A DNA stretch of 64,000 nt, from positions 3,373,338-3,437,337 of the forward strand of contig JADJXR010000001.1 of the NCBI GenBank assembly GCA_016710285.1, in the 5' to 3' direction. The DNA is from Chlorobiota bacterium (lineage in GTDB: Bacteria; Bacteroidota; Ignavibacteria; OLB7). The position numbers and the translations under genes were made by a program. Positions 58,305 to 64,000 of this stretch are shown in pieces (positions within the stretch are counted from its first letter, which is position 1; the number at the start of each line of letters is the position of its first letter). The notes under the pieces were generated by a model, which was given only the letters and a program-made list of their open reading frames with translations, did not search any database and had not been told where the DNA came from.

Positions 58305-59866
58305 TTACCCCCCACCCATCGCCCGATAAACCCCTTCCGCCACCCGCGTGCCGTCCATTGCGGCTGATACGATTCCGCCGGCGTAGCCTGCGCCTTCGCC
58401 GCAGGGGAAAAAATGGCTGATGTCGGGGTGTTGCAGCGTTTCGACGTTGCGGGGGATCCGCACCGGGGAGCTTGTTCGCGACTCGACCCCCACCAACACC
58501 GCTTCCTCGGTCACGTATCCAGGCATTGTTTTCCCGAAGGCCTGCAATCCTTGCTGCAACCGCTTGGCAAGCGTTGGCGGAAGCAGCGTGTGAAGCGGCG
58601 CGGAGGATAGCCCCGGCTTGTAGCTGCAATCGGGAAGGTTCGCCGAAAGGCGGCCAGCAAGGAAGTCGGTGAGCCGCTGCCCGGGGGCGCGCTGTTTTCC
58701 CCCGCCAGACTGCGCCGCCATTACCTCCACCGCTTTCTGGTACGCCATTCCTGCTAATTCGTGATGCTGGCCATATGGCTGAAGGTCTTCTTTCTCCACC
58801 GAGACAACCATCCCGGAGTTTGCAAAAGGGGAGTCGCGGCGGGAAAGGCTCATCCCATTTACCACGACTTCATCACCCTCGGTTGCCGAAGGCACAATGA
58901 ACCCTCCGGGGCACATACAGAAGGAGAAAACCCCGCGCTCGGAAATGGTGGTGGCCAGCCGATAACTGGCCGCTGGCAGCCGGTCATCGCGGAGCGGGCG
59001 GCGGTACTGAATCGAGTCAATCAGCGGCTGGGGATGCTCAATCCGCACCCCCATGGCGAACGGCTTTGCTTCAATCCGCACCCCGCGGGATTGCAGCAGC
59101 GTGAAGATGTCGCGGGCGGAGTGCCCGGTGGCCAGGATCACGGCATCACCCAAGTGTTCATCTCCATCGGCAGTGATAACCCCGCGAATCCTTTGTTCGG
59201 CCAGAACAATATCCACCACACGCTTCCCAAAATGGACCTCCCCTCCGGCATTGATGATGCTTTGCCGCATTGCCGCCACAACCTTCGGCAGTTTGTTCGA
59301 TCCGATGTGGGGATGCGCCTCGATCATAATCTCCGGCGGCGCGCCGTGGGCCACCAGCGTTTGCAGAACCGATTCAACGCTTCCCCGCTTGGTGGCGCGG
59401 GTGTAGAGTTTGCCGTCGGAGTAGGTTCCGGCTCCGCCTTCGCCAAAGCAGTAGTTGCTGTCGGGATTGACGATTCCGAAGCGTTGAATTCCCGCAAGGT
59501 CGCGGCGGCGTGCGCGAACGTCAAAGCCACGTTCCAGAAGGATTGGGCGAATGTTCAACTCAATCAACCGCAACGCCGCGAACAATCCCGCCGGACCCGA
59601 CCCCACGATAATCGCCCGATGCTTCCCCGTCACCTCACGGTAGTTTGGTGTGGGGAGCGGCTCCTCCGTTGCTGGTTCATCGGTGGTGACCTCCACCACC
59701 AACTGCACGCGAATGCTCCGTTGGCGTGCATCCAGCGACCGCCGGCGGACGCGAACCGCAGTGATGCGCTGTTCGGGAATGCCAAGCTGCGTGGCCGCAG
59801 CACGGTGGAGCGCGGCGGGGTCGTCGGCCTGCTCGAATGGAAGAACCAGTTCAAAAATCTGCTTCA
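58305..59866 (-). CDS. COG2509-family FAD-dependent oxidoreductase
   Basis: N-terminal ...LGIPEQRITAVRVRRRSLDARQRSIRVQLVVEV..., then the FAD-binding GSGPAGLFAA and CPGG/GEGAGYAGGI motifs. A GTG start at 59866 is inferred; the ORF track ATG at 59996 adds an unlikely 43-aa extension. Confidence 0.7.
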
Positions 59867-60118
59867 CGAAGCGTTGGAAATAGTGAGTTTGCAACCAAGT
59901 GTTGAATCCGCACAGCAAGCGAAAAAACTTGGGAACCAGCAAAAGGAAGATAGCTCTAAGCCGCCAGTTGCCGCAGCGACAGTGAGCAACGGACAATAGA
60001 TTGAGAAGTCAATGACCCCACTGCAACCAGTTACAGCAAACGCTGTCCGTCCGGCCAACGTATCATTCACCGGCTTGACGCAACGCAACAACAACACGTC
60101 CCGACAGGAACAAACACC

Positions 60119-60631
60119 ATGAACAAGCAGATGATTTTTCGCACCGCAGCCGCATCGCTGGTAGCAATCGCCGTTGCAATCGCCGCCCCATGGAGCCAGC
60201 CACTGAATGCACAGCCAGGGCATGGCGGCGGGAAAGGGCATGGAAAACAAATGGAGAAGATCATGGGCAAGCTGAACCTTACCGAACAGCAAAAAGCCCA
60301 GATCAAAACCCTCCGTGAGAATTTCAAGAAGGAACATGAGGCGGAGCTGACCCAGATTAAATCGCTCCGTGGCCAAATGAAAGACCTGAAAGGAAGCGGG
60401 GATAAGGCAAAAGCAACGGAACTCCGCAGCCAGATCAAAACCCAAATGGCAACGCTGAAAGAGGCACGCGAGAAACTCAAACAGCAGATTGTCGCGATCC
60501 TAACCCCAGAGCAGCAGCAACAGCTTGAGCAATTGAAGGCCGAGCGCAAGGAGCACCGCAAGGAGATGAAAGAAGGGCGTATGGGTCGCAAGCACAACGG
60601 CGTAACCGGCGAAGGAAAGAAACTAGAGTAA
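60119..60631 (+). CDS. Spy/CpxP-family periplasmic chaperone (LTXXQ motif protein)
   Basis: Signal peptide and repeated LTXXQ motifs (LNLTEQQKAQI, LTPEQQQQL). Lys/Glu-rich coiled coil. Confidence 0.75.
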   Translation: MNKQMIFRTAAASLVAIAVAIAAPWSQPLNAQPGHGGGKGHGKQMEKIMGKLNLTEQQKAQIKTLRENFKKEHEAELTQIKSLRGQMKDLKGSGDKAKATELRSQIKTQMATLKEAREKLKQQIVAILTPEQQQQLEQLKAERKEHRKEMKEGRMGRKHNGVTGEGKKLE

Positions 60632-60675
60632 AAAAAACTTAGAGCGGGTAAGTGCCATTACCCTGCCTTTCACAC

Positions 60676-60712
60676 AGCCCTGCTGAAGCCATTTCAGCAG
60701 GGCTTTTGCTTG
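60676..60712 (+). terminator. Rho-independent terminator (AGCCCTGCTGAA-GCCAT-TTCAGCAGGGCT plus TTTTGCTT)
   Basis: 12-bp perfect stem followed by a T-rich tract, directly after the Spy/CpxP-like gene. Confidence 0.7.
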
Positions 60713-60742
60713 AGGTTGCGGCCTTGCTCCCTATCTTTCGGC

Positions 60743-61558
60743 ATGACCGATGTTCCTCAATTGCCGGATGGCGTAGCACGCGGTTTTCACGACCGCAGGG
60801 TCCACCGCCATTTATCGCTTCGCAGTGCCGACGTTATCGGCGATGTCCATGGATGCTTCGATGAACTGGCTGAGCTTATCACCCAACTTGGCCATGCCGA
60901 ACTTCTTCGCAGCGATCTTCCGCCAGCACTGGCCGGCGCGAAGCCACGGCTGATGTTTGTTGGCGACATCGTGGACCGCGGCGATCAGATTGTGGAGACG
61001 GTCCGGTTGGTGGAGCGGCTTTGCCGTGGTGGCCACGCCCTGATGGTGATGGGGAACCACGATTACCGCTTCCTCCGCTGGCTGCATGGTCGCGATGTGG
61101 AGCCGCAGCATGGGTTGGAGATGAGCATCGAGCAATTCCGTCGGCTGCCCCACGACCAGTTCCAGCAATGGAGGTCCAAGCTGATTGAGTTCTTTGAATC
61201 GCTCCCGTGGGCCATTCGGTTCGATGGCGGAAGGGGGGTGGTGGTCCACGCAGCGTGGCACGCCGAGCTTCTGCACGATCACGTCAGCGAAGAGCATTTC
61301 CGCCGCTACGCGCTGCATGGGCCAGTCACCGGAAAAAAACGCCCGGATGGATTGCCCGACAGGATTGATTGGGCTTCGAAATATTCCGGACCCGAGTTTG
61401 TGGTTTTTGGCCACCAGGTCTATCCCGAGCCGTACCGCCAGCAGCACGCCATTGGCATTGACACCGGCTGCGTGTTTGGCGGCGCGCTGACGGGGCTGCG
61501 GTATCCCGCGATGGAGGCCATCAGTGTTCCAAGCAAGCGGGTCCGCTACAAGCGGTAG
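60743..61558 (+). CDS. PPP-family metallophosphoesterase (ApaH/PrpE-like diadenosine tetraphosphatase or Ser/Thr phosphatase)
   Basis: GDVHGCFDEL, GDIVDRG, GNHD and VVHAAW motifs. ATG at 60743; the ORF track start is a TTG inside the upstream terminator. Confidence 0.8.
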   Translation: MTDVPQLPDGVARGFHDRRVHRHLSLRSADVIGDVHGCFDELAELITQLGHAELLRSDLPPALAGAKPRLMFVGDIVDRGDQIVETVRLVERLCRGGHALMVMGNHDYRFLRWLHGRDVEPQHGLEMSIEQFRRLPHDQFQQWRSKLIEFFESLPWAIRFDGGRGVVVHAAWHAELLHDHVSEEHFRRYALHGPVTGKKRPDGLPDRIDWASKYSGPEFVVFGHQVYPEPYRQQHAIGIDTGCVFGGALTGLRYPAMEAISVPSKRVRYKR

Positions 61559-61606
61559 GTTCGGTGGTAATCGCGGGCTGCACGCTGCGGAAACTATCAA
61601 GTCAAG

Positions 61607-62368
61607 TTAGACGGTTGCCAAAAGATCATCCACCTTCACCGGGCCGCCCCAGGAAACGAAGCCTTCGCCATACTGCACGCCAATTTGGAACCCCAAGCGG
61701 CGCATCCGTGCCAGATAATACTCCATGAAATCGTTCCCCGAAATGAACGTTTGCGGGCCGTAGGATGGGTCCTCGGTGGTGCGTCCGGGGATTGAAAATT
61801 GGGACCCGTAAGCCGCCAGCGCATCAAGTTTCCGTTCGATAAACGGGCTAACATCCACCACAATGTCTGGGGTTCCTTCCCACGAATGGTCAAACATGAA
61901 CATCCGCGCAGGGCGGTGGGGCGTTTGCGGGATTCCTTCATGCTGGCTTGCAACGGCCACCAACCCAGCGTCGAAGTAGGCGTGGTGAACAATCCGGTGC
62001 GCCGCTTCATGGTCGGGGTGGCGGTCCTTCTCCCACGGGAACAGGATCACCTGCGGGCGGAAATGCCGGATGGTCCGCACCACGCTCAGGATGTTCTCCT
62101 GCGAAAGCGCGATGTTCCCATCGGGGATTCCAAGATTCCACCGGAAGCCCTCTTCGATCCCCAAAATGGAGTTCGCCGCCGCCGTCTCCTTCGCGCGCAA
62201 TTCACGCGACCCGCGCGACCCACGCTCGCCGGCGGTAAGGTCGCAAATCGCCACGCGATGCCCCTGCCCGATTGCTTTCATCACGGTCCCGGCAATGTGA
62301 AGTTCCACGTCGTCGGGGTGGGCGGTGATTGCAAGAATATCAGCTTGATGGCCTTCCAGTTGCGCCAT
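61607..62368 (-). CDS. PIG-L/LmbE-family N-acetylglucosaminyl deacetylase (BshB1-like)
   Basis: AHPDDVE motif and a downstream HPDHxxA zinc-binding motif. Confidence 0.8.
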   Translation of the reverse strand: MAQLEGHQADILAITAHPDDVELHIAGTVMKAIGQGHRVAICDLTAGERGSRGSRELRAKETAAANSILGIEEGFRWNLGIPDGNIALSQENILSVVRTIRHFRPQVILFPWEKDRHPDHEAAHRIVHHAYFDAGLVAVASQHEGIPQTPHRPARMFMFDHSWEGTPDIVVDVSPFIERKLDALAAYGSQFSIPGRTTEDPSYGPQTFISGNDFMEYYLARMRRLGFQIGVQYGEGFVSWGGPVKVDDLLATV

Positions 62369-62380
62369 TGGGTTGCTCCT

Positions 62381-63190
62381 TTATTGCTGCAGTTTCAGGG
62401 TGATGACGTTGCTGTGCGCCACCTGCTGGGAAGCGTTCAGCATCATTCCTGGCTCATCCATCACCGCAAGCTCGATGCTGACGGAGTCCTTCGCGCTGGT
62501 GGTGTGGACCGAACGCTGCGGCGCGGTTTGCAGCCATCCCAGCGTGGTGTGAACAACGTCATACCGAATCCCAACAACCGCGTGCAGCGATTCCTGGGGC
62601 CAGAACTTTGGCGTGCGGAGTGCCCGCGAGTAATCGGCGTAATATTTCGGGTTCAGGGTCTCGGTCAGGAGTGATTGGCTTGCCCATTTCGGGGTTCGGC
62701 ACAGCCATTCTTTGGGCACGACTCCGGTAAGCCGCACCTGCTTCCCCGCCGGAAGCCGATGGAACAGCAGCCGCGAATCGGTCCGTTCCAGCAGGTCCCC
62801 GTATTGGATTTGCCGGGCAATCCGCACCGGGTTTTCTTCATTCATCACAATCCAGGGGAACAGCCGGATGGTTCCCGAGTCCAGCTCGTGGGAAATGGGG
62901 ATATACTGGCTGCTGTCGCTGTTGTTGGCAATCACCAGCGGGACCCGCAGCTGGCCGCCACACTCTGCCGAAACTGTGTCCTGAAGGAACCGCACGGTCA
63001 GCCCATTCCCGGGCACGGTTGCCGGCTCGGTCCCGGGGAAATCGGTTACTTGATACCGAAGCGTTCGGCAGCAGACGTTCCCGTTATCGGTTGCCACGGC
63101 GTAGGAGACCACCGCCGGCGCGCCGCCGCCACAGGAGCAAAGCAAGGGAAGCAAAATCAGCAGAGCAGAAAGTTGGAAACGTTGGTTCAT
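62381..63190 (-). CDS. hypothetical lipoprotein
   Basis: From the ATG at 63190: MNQRFQLSALLILLPLLCSCGG (lipobox). The ORF track start further upstream adds an unlikely leader. Confidence 0.55.
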   Translation of the reverse strand: MNQRFQLSALLILLPLLCSCGGGAPAVVSYAVATDNGNVCCRTLRYQVTDFPGTEPATVPGNGLTVRFLQDTVSAECGGQLRVPLVIANNSDSSQYIPISHELDSGTIRLFPWIVMNEENPVRIARQIQYGDLLERTDSRLLFHRLPAGKQVRLTGVVPKEWLCRTPKWASQSLLTETLNPKYYADYSRALRTPKFWPQESLHAVVGIRYDVVHTTLGWLQTAPQRSVHTTSAKDSVSIELAVMDEPGMMLNASQQVAHSNVITLKLQQ

Positions 63191-63396
63191 GGGTTGGAAA
63201 TTGCGATGCATTGGTCCCACAATATGCGAAAACCAACAAGGGGAGCGAAGCCCCCGAACGTGCCGTTTCATTCTGTGGGAAAAGCCGCCGGCCCGTTGCA
63301 CACGTACCGTTTCTTCACGACCTTTGCCCGTTCATTGAATCCACAATGGAAGATCTATCAGAGTATCTATCACCACTCATTGTTGAGTTATCTACA

Positions 63397-64000
63397 ATGC
63401 CAAAACATTCACACCACACCCTTGAAGCCGTCCGCGAAGAGATCGTTCGGCTGCTGACTGAAGCTGCCCCGGACCACCTGAAGACCAACGAGCTTTCCAA
63501 AAAACTGGGAATCCCCGCAACCGCTCCCGATTACGAGCTGGTGCGCGAAGCGTTGGACCAGTTGACCGATGAAGGAACCATCACCCGTGGCGCGCGCCGC
63601 CGCTACCACCTTGCAATCCCCGACGTTGCCATTGAAGGGGAGCTGCAAATGGCCGGGCGCAACCGTTGGATAGTGATGCCAAGCAAGGGGATGGACACCC
63701 CAATCGAGATTGACCCCCGCAACACCTGGACCGCACTGCATGGCGATACCGTCCGCGTGAAGATCACCATCCCGGCCCGGTTTGGCGAACGCCCAGAAGG
63801 TGAGGTTGTTCGCGTGCTCCACCGCGCTGCCGACACCGTTGTTGGCACGTTGAAGCATGGGAAACGCACCTACTATCTGGAGCCGGACGACAAGAAAATC
63901 CACCGGGTAATCGGCATCTTCAAAAACCAGATTGGCGTGGCGAAAGTTGGGGAGAAGGTGCTGGTGAAACTGCGCGAATGGAACGACCCCTACGACGATC
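63397..64000 (+). CDS. rnr: ribonuclease R, N-terminal region (HTH plus cold-shock domains); 3' end lies outside the window
   Basis: Own translation from the ATG at 63397: MPKHSHHTLEAVREEIVRLL...ITRGARRRYHL...GDTVRVKI...GEVVRVLHRAADTVVGTL..., which matches the RNase R N-terminal architecture. Not in the ORF track because it has no stop in the window. Confidence 0.65.
   Translation, partial: MPKHSHHTLEAVREEIVRLLTEAAPDHLKTNELSKKLGIPATAPDYELVREALDQLTDEGTITRGARRRYHLAIPDVAIEGELQMAGRNRWIVMPSKGMDTPIEIDPRNTWTALHGDTVRVKITIPARFGERPEGEVVRVLHRAADTVVGTLKHGKRTYYLEPDDKKIHRVIGIFKNQIGVAKVGEKVLVKLREWNDPYDD

Noticed and set aside
1-64000. CRISPR arrays, rRNA, tRNA, transposases or integrases
   Set aside because: No regularly spaced direct repeats, no rRNA/tRNA signatures and no intact transposase or integrase ORF were seen. 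The only transposase-like signal is the DNA-binding domain fused to the LuxR regulator.

Overview
High-GC (about 60%) bacterial chromosomal window. The gene content points to the Fibrobacteres-Chlorobi-Bacteroidetes group: at least five secreted proteins carry type IX secretion (T9SS) C-terminal sorting domains. Gene density is high, with several 4-nt ATGA/GTGA overlaps between adjacent genes.

Housekeeping genes recognised:
- rpe
- glyQS
- cmk
- glgA
- glcDEF
- truC
- trmO/tsaA
- cyclophilin
- a heterodimeric ABC exporter
- paaABCD
- mgtE
- an rnr fragment at the right edge

Features of note:
1. An AT-rich (about 33% GC) single-gene island encodes a GmrSD-like (DUF262+DUF1524) type IV restriction enzyme.
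2. An AT-rich (about 37% GC) delta-60-repeat T9SS cargo gene is bracketed by perfect palindromes and sits next to a GC-rich paralog.
3. A Mn/Zn-type metal uptake operon has a standalone DtxR regulator and a GTGA-overlapping orphan receiver protein. Its ABC permease is fused to a complete DtxR-like repressor domain, as in chlamydial YtgCR.
4. A family of GC-rich palindromic repeat elements (core CCCGAC-N5-GTCGGG) recurs upstream of two metal-homeostasis genes.
5. A Lon-like S16 protease is split by a 1-nt frameshift.
6. A LuxR-family regulator has an N-terminus resembling the IS630 transposase DNA-binding domain.
7. Several intergenic regions carry strong hairpins. One of them is a candidate small RNA about 440 nt long.

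No rRNA, tRNA or CRISPR array was recognised. Coordinates of start codons were re-derived where the ORF track began at GTG or TTG.
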